Assembly: GCF_032062105.1 (NCBI RefSeq)
Contig: NW_026925976.1
Coordinates: 806,001-870,000 of the forward strand
DNA length: 64,000 bases
DNA from: Saccostrea cucullata
Lineage: Eukaryota
Reading direction: 5' to 3'
Both the position numbers and the translations under genes were made by a program. Below the pieces are notes generated by a model. The model saw only the letters and a list, made by a program, of their open reading frames with translations, had not been told where the DNA came from and searched no databases. Position 1 is the stretch's first letter; each line of letters starts with the position of its first letter. This document shows positions 1-13,769 of the stretch, piece by piece.

Positions 1-98
1 CTGCATTTGCATATATGGTAATGATGGTGGTCTTGTATGTCAGTGAGTCTTTGTGATGTATCTTCATTGATTTGCCTTATTTTACAGTGAAGTGGAAT

Positions 99-3000
99 AT
101 GAGTTACAACACAAGATCTCGAGGGAAGGTGTATGGAGGAACTGTAACGTCTGTTGCAGCAGTGCCTAAAGATCCAGACACGGGGGGAATTGGACCTCGC
201 TCGAAACAGGGAAAGGTGTTCTCATACCCTCAGATTGGGTCCCCGACTTCACCATTTTATGACATCTTTGATAAATTTGGACTTCAAGGTACTTTTTTTA
301 ATTCTTGACTTATAATATTGATAAAGTTAGATAATATGCACTCTTTGATTCTTAACCCTTGTCCTGCCGGTCGTCGCATTATCGACGACCCAGATAACAC
401 CATCACAGTGCCGGTCGTCGATAAAGTGAGAGCCGCCATGTTTTCCGTTCAGTGCCGGTCGTCACTATATCGACTTTACACACATGACGTTTTCTTTCGT
501 ATTTTAACCAATGAAATAAAGGGAATCCATTCATTTCATTGTTGTTTACTAAAAATAGATAGATTTTTCAGTAGTTTAATGATATGATTGGCTCTTGATG
601 GGAAATTCCTTTATGTATTCTTAGAAAATGAAACTTGTTGATCGCGTGCTTTGGGGAAAGTTTGAAAACAAGATGGAGGTCAACGGAGAAGATGGTATTC
701 TAAAATTGGAAATACAATTTTTACAATGATAGCAAGCAGAAAATAAAAGTTTTATTTGGTAAAATATATCTAATTAAACTTCCAATGAAGAATTCTGATG
801 ATTTGATTCCATGGACATGAATATTACGTGGGAGCAATAACTTTTCAGAGGACACATGGATTTAAAAACATTGATGCGCGTCACCAGTTTCAAAGGTGAA
901 AAAAAATCGATACAACTGTGTCAAATGATCGCAAACTGATTGACATTTAAAGTTTATTATTTCTAATAACTGTTTGGAAGACGATTTGGTTAAAAAAATT
1001 ACTTTACGGCAGATATATTCCAATATTTCACAAGAAAGAAACGGGGCTACAAAATTGGATTTCCATGTCCATTAAACAGATGTCAAAAAAGGACTTGTAG
1101 CAATCATAATTTTATGTTTAAAAATGTGAAAGTATAGCCAGTAGTAACATGAAGGACTCTTACAATATAGTAATCGCAAAAAGCTACTATAAAATAAATA
1201 ATGACATTAAAATACCAATAATTTCTTATTTTAATTATTTTCAATGTAAAATTTTACTTTAAAGCTTTTGTAGTTTTTTACTGAGATGAAATATTAAAAA
1301 AATTTCTTCACAATTTTCTTCTTTTTTTTTCTGAAAAAAAGTTGTGCAGATTGTTATCAGAAAAGGCAATTATAAAATGGTGATAATTAAGATAATCTAC
1401 AGCATATGCAATTTGAGAGAAATTTATAAATAAGCCTGGCACAGTCAGCGGCTGGAGCTCCTTATCAGCTCGGCACTCACAGATGCTGTTATCTGTAGAA
1501 TCCCTGGCAGGACAAGGGTTAAAGTCAATGGTGCCTCAGTGTATAACAACTAAACTTAATTGATATATCATTATTGTTTCAATGAGCAAAACAGAATGCT
1601 ATTTTATTCCCAGAAAATTATTACATTATAAGCAGATGTATAGAGTGATTGACTACTAAATGGAAAGTACCAAATATTTGCTTATATATCTGAATGTAAT
1701 GGTATATTCTAGAAAGTACAAGTATGTTGGTAAACATTAATACTGAAACTTAAGAGGATAATATTCCTTAATTTTTTTAATTAACAGATGAACCCCCTGA
1801 TTGTATTAAGAAAGCTGATACGCCAAAGAAGAATGGCACATCTTGTGTCATCACTGTCAACACACCAGGAAAAAATAAAGTCATGGCTCCCAGAAATGAG
1901 GACCTCTCAGCCAAACTGCAAGAGAAAGAATTGTTCGAGATATAGAAAAGATAGAAGAGATAGAGGATTTCAAACTGACAACCAATGTCACAATAAAGCT
2001 ATTGGATGAGATGATGAATGATCATGGCATTGCATCAATTAGAAGTCCACAGTTGGATGTCAGGGTAGCAGACACAGGGTTTTTGTCACAGCAGCCAATC
2101 CAAGTTGCACAAAATCAGAACCAAGAGGTAGAGACACAGGCAGTTCCTATTGGAAACTTGGCCCTCTTTGATGACCAGCCCTTTATAGATCATAATCTAC
2201 CTGGTCTAGAATACTGTCCTAGCATTGGTAACTGTCAGACACAGGGTGTGGGTTACCAGGTGGAAGATGAGAGATTGGACATAGATACTTCTACCTACCT
2301 CTCAGAGGCCAACAAAGCCCTGCATGATGATGTTGACCTGATGAATACTCCTATAGATACTGATACAGAGCTGACAGAGTACCTGATGGGATTGGACTGC
2401 ACCACAGACCAGGAGATGACCTGTGGGGATTTGATGTCAGAATTACCCCAGGACAATGTTGTTCTTAAGTAAGTGTTACTGTGGAATCATATTAATTTGT
2501 GTGGGTCAATTTTCATGGGTAAGCAAAATTTTGTTGGTTCTTGGGGACTTAATTTTGTGGATAACTCGTATATTCACACAATTCAGTGAAAAAATCTGTT
2601 GACAAAATTATTGTTCGTAGGGGTGTAATTTTTTATTCCCAGTGATAATACATTGTCTATAATGCCTTTATAATCAATTGACAAAATAACCTTTTTTTCT
2701 TTTCAGTGCCATTATCTACGGAACAGAGAAAGCTGTTGGTGAACTGGCAAACAATCATGAAAATGAATTGTTGAAAACTGGTGTTCATGGAGTGTATACT
2801 GACCAAGTAAGACTGAATATCACTGGCATGGCAATGATGATATGTTTAAACCCTGACCTATAGGTTTTCTGTTAAATTATGACCTCCCCATGATTTTATT
2901 TTGTGTTATTAATTCCCCATGAAACAAGTGAAAATTGACAAAAAATATCATTCTTTCGGAGGTACAAATTTAAGTAATGTTCAAATTACAAATTACCAGT

Positions 3001-6000
3001 GAACTTTCAAAATATATGCCCACCAAAATTTTTACTGGTCCCCATAAAAAATAAAATAAATACAATAATTGTTTTTTACATGTTTTACACTTTTAGTTTA
3101 TTTTCATTTTTAAGTTGAAGAAGTGTTTAGTGTTAATAAAACAGTTATACCATGTTATAATAGGGTTATACTCATACCTGCTCCTGACTTTATTAACTTT
3201 TATTTTTTTACAGAGATTTGAGGTTTTAAAATCAGAGACGCAGGATACCCCCAGTTTTTACTCCACACTCTTGGGAAAGGGCACATTTGGGGTGGCCATT
3301 AAGTGCATTGTGTCAGATGACTTTGTGTTTGTTAAAAAGAAGGTTAGTACATTTCCAAAATATTCTGTTATTCTTAAAAAAAAAACAAAAAAATGTTGTA
3401 TGTTAATATATCTTGGTAAAAATCTTTTAATTTAAAAAATCAACCAAGAAAGCAAGCTTGTTTACAGTTTCTACAGAAATTGGAAGAAAAGAGAAGTAGT
3501 TCCGGCACATTTTTGTCTTGTAGGTGACACAGAAGTTTCATCCAGAGGAGGCAATGTTTACACTTAGTAACACACATCCAAACATCATTAAGTCCTATGC
3601 ACTGGTGCTGAGGCATGGAACCCCAGAAATCATTATGGAATATGCTGGTAGGTTATTGTGTTATCCAGTACATGTTTTCACAAAATTCAAAGATATCATT
3701 AGGGCCATGTTGTTGATTTGTAGTTTAATTGCACAGTGACAGTTGTGGAATAAAATTTATTGACATTTAATGAAACGATTGTAATTTATGCAACAGACAG
3801 GCAATATAGTCAGTTCCCAGTAAAAAATAAAAACTGTATCTCTCTGTAAAAAGTGAATTTTAGACTGTAGGTCATTCACACAGACAATAAAGTCCGTACC
3901 CAGTATAAATCTGTCTCTTTGTAAACCATGAGTTTTTTTTATTGTAGGTCAGTCCCTGTTGAGCCTGGTCAATGAGAAGAAGAGCCTCCCTGAAGCCACT
4001 ATCTGGTCCTTGACCTGGGAGTTCTGTAATGGCCTGTCTTATCTGGACTCCAAAAATGTCATTCACTTCGATATCAAGCGTAAGTATGCTGCCTCAGTAT
4101 AACATTTGTCTGTTCCAGTATACTTCCGTGTTAAGATTTATACATTGATACATTAGTATGCATATTGTAGTAATATTAAATCAAGTTATTTTACATATGC
4201 AATTATTATTCTATTAATAGAATGTAAACAATATGCTCTTCTGAATATTTTCTCATTTCTTTTATTTGCAGTTATACATGTGTATTAAGAATGCATAGAA
4301 AATTTTCAGAAATGTACATGTATTATTCAATGTAAATTTTACTTTTCAGCTGAAAATATTTTTGTGATGGAGGATGGAGAAGGGAGTTATCTTCTGAAGA
4401 TTGGTGACTTTGGCTCTGCCAGAATGCCCGGGGGCCCCATAGAAATGACAGCCTGGACGCCTGAATACCTGGCCCCAGAGATGGCTAAGCTCTTCCTCAG
4501 AAAGAACTTCCCCCCTCATGTACTGAGAATTAAACAGACAGAACAGGAAATAGAGGCCAGTCTCCAGCCGAAGACAGACATGTTTCCTGCGGGTCTCGTG
4601 GTGGGCTTTATGTACGTCGGGGAGCACCTTCTCCTGCAGTACATCAGGCGAGCTAAGCCAGAGGTTACAGACGAAAAACAGCAACGATTGGCTGTCATTG
4701 GACATGTAAGTATAGATAGCTAAATATAGATACAAGTCTTCAATAAACCTAGAAATATCTACAGACTGAAACAATATATTTTGTAAAGCGATTCTTATAT
4801 AAACTATAATCTAAAAATTGAAGCATTTTTTGTGTGACATATATCTTGTGTGTTGTACAGGTGTCCCATGAGACAGAGTTGGGGGTAAATCTGATTCCAG
4901 AAGGTGCTGGACTAGAGATGAAGGCCGTCTTGCAGGCAATGCTGCAGTATGATGTGAATAAGCGTGTCTCTGCCCAAAAAACACTTGAACTCATGAAAAG
5001 TAAGCAAACAGGCCACAAGGCCATAAACTGAGAACAGACTTTATTCATTTTAAAAAAAATTGAGAGAAAAATCTGTCTTAGGCAGTAGAAAGGGGGTGGG
5101 GTTAAAGAATACATTTTACAAGTATTCCTTATTTATGAAAAAAAATTCTTGAATTTAAGAACTTTCTGAAATCAATTTAAAAGAGACATTAAAAGAAAAC
5201 TCGAATTACATTTAACATATGCTTTTTTTATGTAGCCCTCTCAGCTCAGAAGGGAAATAAAGACAAAAGTCCAATGATGACAGGAATAAAACCACAAGTA
5301 CTTAAAATTCCTGTCAGCTCGGAAGGGATAAACAGTAAAGAAAAGAGAATACTGCCTGTCAAATCCAAGGCAAGAAACAGGAGGTCAAGGTCAAAGAAGG
5401 AAGCAGAACCCGTGGCTTCACAGGTAAAGAATCTTAATGATGAAGACTTTAATTGGGGAAATTTAATTTTGAAAAGAATAGAATAGATATTAAGCGCATT
5501 CATTTCAAAGAAAACAGACAGCAAAGATAGCATTGTTGATCACTGATATAGTTGTTCTCAATGGATTTTCTACCATATTTAACATCCTGTAGTCAAATCC
5601 TATAGAAGATTTTTTTCCAGCAAAGTGGCAAGTTCTACAGAAATTAATAATGCATAAAATTCAAATTAATTAGCTTTTCTTTTCACAAAGTTTTCATCTG
5701 AAGAAATTATCTATTAATCAGTGTTATCTGTTTATGTTAATAAATAAAAAAAAGTTCAATCTTTTCACAGATGCCAAAAATGTCAATGAAGGCAGAGGAA
5801 ATCATGAGTGAAAACCAGCAACTCCGGAAACGCATCGTTAGAAGTGAACTGAAGAGAAAGTTGCAAACCCGCCCAACCACAGCCGTGGCGGCAAAAGTCG
5901 TGAGAACTGCTGAGGCAAAGGAAGACGTCATGGAAAATAGCCAGGGAGGGGCCAGCGATGGGGGATTCAGTGAGCAGTTTGTCCCCCTGGAGCACCCCTT

Positions 6001-6124
6001 CCCAGAGATCCAGATCAGTGAGCACCAACACCCCGTCTGTCAGGCCGAAGATGATTGGTCAATTCAGGAGTCCGCCGCACCTGGCAATATGCCAGACTTT
6101 GGATGTCTTGGGATTGATGATTAA
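99..6124 (+). CDS. Ser/Thr protein kinase, MAP3K8(Tpl2)/MAP3K14(NIK)-like, 10 exons, apparent frameshift near 1921-1930
   Basis: GT-AG exons with consistent phases: 88/99-288, 1788-2468, 2707-2806, 3214-3342, 3524-3647, 3948-4079, 4350-4705, 4861-4999, 5236-5423, 5771-6124. Motifs LGKGTFG, FVKKK, HPNII, IHFDIKPEN, KIGDFG, YLAPE, TDMF, KRVSA. The stretch VKKKVTQKFHPEEAM...YALVL...IIMEY resembles NIK/Tpl2 subdomains II-V. The subfamily call is by eye. Confidence 0.85.
356..1518. mobile_element. non-autonomous piggyBac-type DNA transposon in kinase intron 1
   Basis: 13-bp TIR CCCTTGTCCTGCC / GGCAGGACAAGGG flanked by TTAA (352-355 and 1519-1522); three subterminal TGCCGGTCGTC direct repeats near the left end; no transposase ORF. 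Confidence 0.85.
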
Positions 6125-7745
6125 ACTGACAGAATTTTTTTGTATTGACTTATTTATTTATTATTAAAAAATGTTTTGTAAAGTAGTATGAATTGAATCT
6201 CTTGAAATTTTTTATGTGTTTTTGTATTTTCTAAATGTATTGTCTTTTGTTGTTTAATACATTTTTAATATAAAAATGATAAGTCTACATGGTTTAAAAC
6301 ATTTGTTAGCATGAAATAACAGATCTCTTAGAGATATTTATCAGAAAATGTTCAGAATTGTATTTTGTCTTCTAACCTTATTCAGATATATGCATTTAAT
6401 TGACTCAAGGATGCCTGACACAAACAAAATTTTGATGCAGGCATTAATATGTATTTTTTGACTGATTTTGAATAGTCTGTAAATTATTAAGAAATTGTAT
6501 GTAAAGCTTTATTTAATGCTTAGATATGCAACATTGTGTCTTTTTCTATGTTAAATTTTGTGACAAAAATATATGAATTTTACTTAATAATCAGATTTAT
6601 CATTTACCACATTTTTAGAATGGTTGCTTTGTATTGAAAACTGTGTTTTCCAATGAGTTTGCCAATCGTTTAAAAAAATAATCTTTTCCTTTGTATTAAT
6701 TATTAGAGCATGGAATGAAACGTACGTGTATCTTTAAATTTTCTGTGAACAGAATTATTTAGACAAAAAGTATTTGTAATCTTTCGTATGGAGATATATT
6801 GGATGAAACTTAAGTTTTATGTCAGAATCATTTTATATTATATGCACTTTTATAATTTAAATCGTTTTATCTGTGTCATGTTCTCAATAAAAAAAGAAAA
6901 CGAATTTGTAAATTTTTATAAGTATTATTTAATGATTAAATTTCAGTCAGGTGAATTATTTGGAGGCTTATGGCAAAAATTAAAGTTTCTCAAATACCAG
7001 TCAAGATCAATGCCTATAACAATACAATTTGCGTTACCCCAGGAAAGAACTTGTCTTAATCAATATATCTGTGAAATATAAAATCTTCAGAGCGTGCATG
7101 TACTAACCACTCAAATGTTATAGCCAAGGTTAAAATTTTTAAAAAGTGGGTCAAACTCCAAGGTCAATATGGAGACTCCACCACTTGCCTGCCGAGTCTT
7201 GCAAATCTTAGACCTATACTTGGCACCCATTGAGCAGTGAGGGGTCTTATTTGTGTCAGTACCTACTACTGAGAAAGACACTGGACCTCGATTTAAACTC
7301 TCTCATCCTAACGAAACCCTCAACTCCTGCAGCTGAATTCGAACCAGGAGTGAAATGGTACAGTGGCCACTGGAGAGAAATAACCAACAAGAGAGAGGGT
7401 TTTAAGAGTTATGACCTGACATGAAATTGAGAAAGGAGTAGGTTCGAATTCATTCTTCATGGGAATTGTTTTTGCGAGTTAGAATTTTTATCTGATTAAG
7501 ATTTTTTTTCTTGGATGTCAATGATTATACTAGTACATACATGTTGTAAACGCATGTAATCCAAAAATTTCAAGTCATTATTTTAAGCGTTTATTGGCCT
7601 AGGAGCTCGGTAGATAAAGCTATTTTTAAAGCTGTTATTGAAATATCGAGGCTTTTGCTAAGGTCTTATTTCAGGACGCGGGAAAATGAACAGTTTTTTA
7701 TCTCTCGTGATACGACCTTGGCCAAAATGGTTCTATGTGCACATG

Positions 7746-7754
7746 TATATAAAA
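7746..7754 (+). promoter_or_regulatory. TATA box of cystatin gene
   Basis: TATATAAAA about 65-70 bp upstream of the cystatin ATG at 7818. Confidence 0.55.
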
Positions 7755-7817
7755 GTAAGGAATTGTCAGAATTCACCTTTTCATTGTCTTTAGTTTGATA
7801 CGAGGAGAATTGTAATT

Positions 7818-10805
7818 ATGAGAACTTTATTGATAACATGTGCCTTGGTGGCGTCTGTGTCCGCAGCGTGTATTCCTGGCGGATATTGTCCAGTTACTGA
7901 TCCCAGTTCTAACGCCGACGTACAAGAAATGGCCCAGTTTGCTCTGACTGCGTATGCAGCCAAATCACACGACGTCTCGGCATGTGATGGAACTTTCTCA
8001 GTCAAACATGCTAGTAGACAGGTAAAAGCTATTCCATTGTGCCGTGTGGTCATATTTTCCAAATTACGTGTTTTTCAAACTATTTTGGTGATGGTGATGT
8101 TAAAAGACGTTTCTAAAAAAGTTTAAATAATAATTAAAAACTAATTATCATGAGGATATCTTATCAGAGGTTAAGTACGTATGGCCACAAATTCACGTGG
8201 TCAGTGGATGTACTTTTAGTAAATCTAAATAAGTGTTGCACACGTACATCTTAATTAATTACCATTAAACTTATTAACTAAAAATTTCTTGGCCATATTC
8301 TCTTTAGAAAGGAAAAAATACTAGATTTTCAACCTCAAACGTAAAGTTATTGAAAACCGGAAAAGATCTACGCGTCATTATTCTAATGTGTCCACTGTCT
8401 ATGATTATTGTGTTGCTTTTTTTAGTGTAGTGTCAACCATTATTGTTGCCTTTTCATTGTAATGTATGAAGACAAAACCAAAACGTACTTAAACCCTTAA
8501 TCCCGCCTGCATTTCAATACCACTGTAGAAGAGTAAAGACTGATATTTCTAACTAGTATTTATCGCTCAGTATAAGTACACACATTAGAAATTGATTATA
8601 TTGCACTTTTACAATTTTTGTGTGAATATTTACAGACAGTTGCGGGTTTTAACTACAGAATGACTGTGGAAGCCACCTGTGATGGACAAGTAAGTACAGT
8701 GTACCATCATGTTTTCTGAAGCAATGAAATCTCACACAGCCTTCTCATTTCCACAAAAATTCTTTTGAGATCCCATGGCAATTTTGCAGAAAACCGTGTG
8801 CGAGTTTACTGTGTTTGACCAGTCCTGGACCAAAACAAGGGAACTGACCTATGACCACTGTACTACTAGTCATAAGCGGGCAGCACTGGCCGGAGGCTTA
8901 TCTCACGCGGACACCAGTAGCGACCAGTTCCAGGACGCCATGGAATATGCAGCGTCCCAAGTCGACATGCAGAGAAATAGCATGTACAAAACAACTCCTG
9001 TTCACTACAGCCATTGCTTCCAGCAGGTCAGTTCAAACTAAAAACTAGGTGTTTTAACCTTTCTCAAAACAATTAAGTTGATTGGGCTATGGCTTTTATA
9101 TTTCATAGGTGTACTATTCCTTATGACAAGACCTATTTTTGAGTACCACACCACTAAATGTCCTCTTTACTTTGACCTTTGAGGTTTACCTTTTACAAAA
9201 AAAAAAATCCCAAATTTTTACATTGGCCATAACTGTTGAACTGTTGGTGCTAGAACGGTCATGAATACTTCACATGCATATTTATTGTGACAAGACTTCT
9301 CAGTGGGTATAAATATTTTTGAACTTGACCTTAGAGATTGACCTATTTTAAAAATCATATTTTACAGATGTATTTATTGTGAAAAGAACTTCCTTTGGGT
9401 ACCAACAATTTTGACCTTTTGACCTTGACCTTATGAGTTTGAACTGCATTTGAAAAACTTCAAGCCTCACCGTAAGCTACCTGCATACAGGGGCATCAAT
9501 GTTTCACAAACGCACATCTTATTAAGAAGGTTTCAGTGTTTTTAAGCCCCTTTTGTCATTTGATAAATTTGTACTAGTTAAACTACCTTTTTAAATACAG
9601 AAAAACATAATGTATTCTGTTGATTTGACTTTACTTCGCATGTAAATGAAAAGTGAAGATAGCGAGTAATGGTCGATTTAAAACAAATCAACGACCAATA
9701 CTAATCTGTAGACATATAAATGGAGCCCTTGAAATATCAGAGGTTGGATCTGGTGCTGAGGAGGAGAAAGCTTTCCCTGTTGACCGGTCTAACCTCTGCC
9801 AGTCCTGGGTATTGATCAATTTGTCGAGCACTCATAATCTTGTAAACATTTTTCTTATAAGAAAGTAGTAATACTGATATAATTTGTACAATATGTATTA
9901 AAAAGAAATATACAATAAGATTTTTGATTTTCAATTAAGTGTACCAAGCTCCAACAGTAGCTTTAATTGCCGTACACGTTCGTTTGATATTTTTTGTATT
10001 GGTTTAGGTTGTAGCTGGTATAAGATATGTTTGTGATGTTACCCTCACCGAGAACTCGTGTTTGAAAGGAGACACGAGAGATCTTTCTCTATGTGCAGTA
10101 AAAAGCAATGGGGAAGTGAGTATCATTATAATCAATGTTTATATTCCTTTGTTTTAGCTTTGTTAATACCATACAATTTAAAAAAAAAGATATTAGAAAT
10201 TTTAAGGAGATTATTTCTTGATGTATTTGATTTCTTTTCATACAATATACATTATTTATTGATGTACACATTTGTTCTAGATGTTTTTTAAAACATGTAA
10301 CAAAACGAGTCAATTTTTAAACACTGTGACGATAAATTTCAAATCAACATAAGAACAGATTAATTTCGATTGCCTCTTAATTAAAACTCTAAAGAATATG
10401 TTTCCCTTTTGAGAATCATTGAAAATTGAAAAAACTTAATTAAATGCAGGCTTAAATATCTCAATTTTGATTTTATGCCTATGTTCATTATAATAATTAA
10501 ATGACATCAATGTTGTCTGTGTCTTTCAGTCCACCACCTGGCACGTGGATATCGTGTCTCAGCCCTGGATGTCTAACAAGTACACAATCCAAACACTCAC
10601 AATGAAGGTAGAACAAGTAAACCAATCTGCTGTATCTGTGATTTGTATTGAGGGATATGGGGGGATTTCACTTAATATTTAACCAGTTTTCAGTTTTGTG
10701 AACCACCTTTTTTTCCTTTGTCCACTTGTCCCTCACCTTTATCACATGTACCTTTTTTTTATTTCATGAGTTTTAAACGTTCTTCTTCCTCATTTTCAGC
10801 AGTAA
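7818..10805 (+). CDS. secreted two-domain cystatin (cysteine protease inhibitor), about 228 aa
   Basis: Signal peptide MRTLLITCALVASVSA. Exons 7818-8021, 8636-8689, 8790-9026, 10008-10115, 10530-10607, 10800-10805 (last exon tentative). Domain 1: PGG, QTVAG (across a splice), DQSW. Domain 2: AGG, QVVAG, QPW. Confidence 0.88.
9055..9525 (+). mobile_element. degenerate HINE/satellite-bearing repeat in cystatin intron 3
   Basis: Internal repeats rich in TTGACCTT and a terminal GGGCATC..GTTTCACAAAC..ATCTT motif typical of mollusc Helentron-associated repeats. Confidence 0.4.
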
Positions 10806-11858
10806 AATGGCATCTTCATTTAACAACCTTCGTGGCATGGAAGCTATCACATTTGATTATAACTCATCTACTCAAAGTGATCCTGCTGTATGAGATCAAG
10901 TTAATTTAATGTATTGACATTTGATATTTACATGTAGTAAAGCTTTTCTACTTTGTTTTATTTCAAATCCTGCTTTGTTTTCTATGGACGGCTATCATTT
11001 CTTAAAGTCGATTCAAAAGTAATAGCACTAAATCTGGTTTGCATATATCTGACATACAAGCAAAGTATGTCCTTATTTCTTTGCTGATAGATATAAATTT
11101 GATTTTTTTTCGTTTTGCTCAATCTTAATTAACTAAACATGCTAAAAGAAAGATTGCAGCATACATTTACAAGTAATTTGACATCAAACAACAAAATCGT
11201 TTCTAAATTTTTGAAAGTTCGTTAGAAATTTTCACAGCTGTGCCAAATAATCAATAAAAACAAACGCTGTCTTGGTAAGTATTATTCATGTTATTGCTAA
11301 ACTTAAATGAAATGTTTATCCAGAGATGATGTTACAAATTAATTAGGTTTATCTCATATGGATAAGCCGGGTTATTTCGAGCACAATATTTTTATATATT
11401 ATTTTTATTATGGGTCAAGAAGGATAACTCTAATTTTGGTGCAACCAACTTAGCGTCATTGCGCATGCTCATCTTCAGCTTCCTTTTCCGTCATTCTCCG
11501 AAGGTGTAGGCCGGGAAAATTTTGGTGAAGAATCATATCTCGATCATCATCAAATTAAGGAAAGTATTTTCACAACAAGTGAAGTAAGTAAATAAAAGTA
11601 TTGTTTATACGAATTATTTCTTACTAATTTTCCGGTGTATCAGTGATTGTTGAGCAGATAAAGTACATTTAGATCTTGTAAAAATTTGCATTTGCTGTCG
11701 ACCATCTTGAATAAATTTTGGTTTTAAATATAGGCTTAAACAAAATGCATAAATAAATAACTCTAATTTGCCAATAATCATATTTAATGATAATAATAAT
11801 AAATAATTATGAATAATACAATAATTAAATAAAAAATGTAATAATATATTTTTATTTT

Positions 11859-13769
11859 ATGAGCGGCAGAGTCATGTTACGAGTTAACAAGTCGAGGGCC
11901 TCAAAGGGGAGGAGCCCTTACGCAAGGACCAGATCTGGTGTAGCCATCGCGACCTCCGCAACTCAATCGCAAGCAGGGCCGTCACTCCCCTCAAATTTGG
12001 ACCGAATATCGGACCCATTCCCAATGGCACAAAGTGCTAGATTTTCCCAATTTCATCAATAAAATTTCCCAAACACGTCTTTTCTTGTATATACGACCTA
12101 ATATCCCACACATACACCCTTTATTTGATCCATTTAGCAGTAATGCACGCTTAATTTTAATCTGCAACAACCCTGTCATGATCGTTTATTTCTAGTTCGA
12201 ATTTCCTCTGTCATGGAATAAAGATCTATAGATAAGCCATACGTAGATTGAGATGGGGAACTCATTTTCATTATTAAACAAGGATAACCATTATGAGTTA
12301 GTTCATAAAATAAATATATATATTTTAAAGTGAATTATGAATTAAAATAAAATCTTGGACACTATCTATTTCATTTGCATGAGTCATATGACCAGAAAAA
12401 AAAGAAATAAATTTTAGGCAATTTTTTGCTAACCTTTTAAATATAGTAACTTGATCATTTCAATAAAATTATTCATTATATTCTAAATATTTTATTTATT
12501 TAAGGTGCAAATAAACAGTAAGAAATATCCCCCTCCCCACATTTTTTTCAGTCTCTGTATCATATGAAAATAACAGAAAAAAGTACCTGTCTAGCAAGTA
12601 AATGTTTGGTCTGTTAAATGCAGATTTTATCAGACCTTATGTCCTGTATATTTTAGCGTTTCAAGTATATTTTTTAAAGTGATAAATGGCTTTCATGATT
12701 AAATATTTTGCTGGGGAGGTTAATACATACATGTTAATAATTTTCCCAATTTAACAAAAATGTCGAGGATTTTTCCCAATATAGAGGGACCCGGTCCCTG
12801 TACCAAAAGGTGCTGTGACAGCCCTGGCAAGACGTCAGAACGCCCATGCAGCCAGAGGCTCCAGTGGTAGTCCCCATCCCCATACGTACACTAAGTGCGA
12901 CTTCCTTATCATCGGTCGCCGGAATTGCCTCTACTGCAGGACCGAGTTCATTTACAGCCCAGCAGACAAATCCTGAAGCCATTCCAGTATCTGTCGCTTC
13001 AGTTATTGAGACAGTTGCATCCCAACAGTCAACAACTCCATCAGCTGCAACAGGTACAAGCAATTATGATATAGAAAAGCCTATGTCTTTTCATAGTGTT
13101 GTATCCCCATTAGGGGCTCATGTCCTCCAAGCTATGAAAGATAAGATATGGAATAATGAATATGTTCAATTAAGTAAATTGTTGATCAAAGAACCAATAT
13201 CAGAGGTTCAACATCAGGTTATATTTCAGGAGGGTTCATTTCAAATCAAACCAAAACATAAAGAAGAAAAAATTCAAAGTATTTCGCAGTGGACGGATGC
13301 ATTTTTAATATATGCATCGGTCTATTGCATCAAACATCAAACAGATGCTATGGGTTTATTTCGTTACATTGCCACCATCAGAAAAGCAGCTGAGAGGTCA
13401 CCTAACAGTTTAGGTTGGAGGGAATATGATGTTCAGTTTAGACTCAAAAAGTCCATTGAGTCTTCTTTGAATTGGGGTTCAGTAGATGCAGAATTGTGGC
13501 TCTTTTATATGCAGCCAGTTAATCAATCAAAGTCAGGTCTCAACCAACAAAAACAATTTAAGTGCTATTCATACAACTTTCAGGGCCTTTGTGAGAAACC
13601 TAATTGCAAGTATTTACATGTTTGTTTACAATGTAATGGGGCTCACCCTTCTATAAATTGCAGGTTTGGCCACAACATCGTCAGAAGCCAACCTAATCTC
13701 CCTGCCCAACAAGTACAATACAGGCCTAGATTCCCACAGCAGCGCCCACGTCAGAAATTCATGTACTAG
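11859..13769 (+). pseudogene. gag-like ORF1 of YR retrotransposon (350 aa when restored), interrupted by nested transposon
   Basis: 11859-11973 joins 12832-13769 in frame (..TQSQ-D-VRTPMQPE..) after removing the insertion plus one TSD. Motifs WREYDVQFR, W..VDAELW and C-terminal zinc fingers CYSYNFQGLC-C-H / CLQCNGAH. Confidence 0.85.
11974..12826. mobile_element. 853-bp non-autonomous TIR transposon with 5-bp TSD (hAT5-like)
   Basis: TIRs CAGGGCCGTCAC / GTGACAGCCCTG (1 mismatch); TSD GCAAG at 11969-11973 and 12827-12831; subterminal TTTTCCCAA repeats; excision restores the gag frame. Confidence 0.88.

Noticed and set aside
1927-5845. RIVR motif in both N- and C-terminal kinase tails as an internal repeat
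   Set aside because: Four residues only, in charged helical sequence; not significant.
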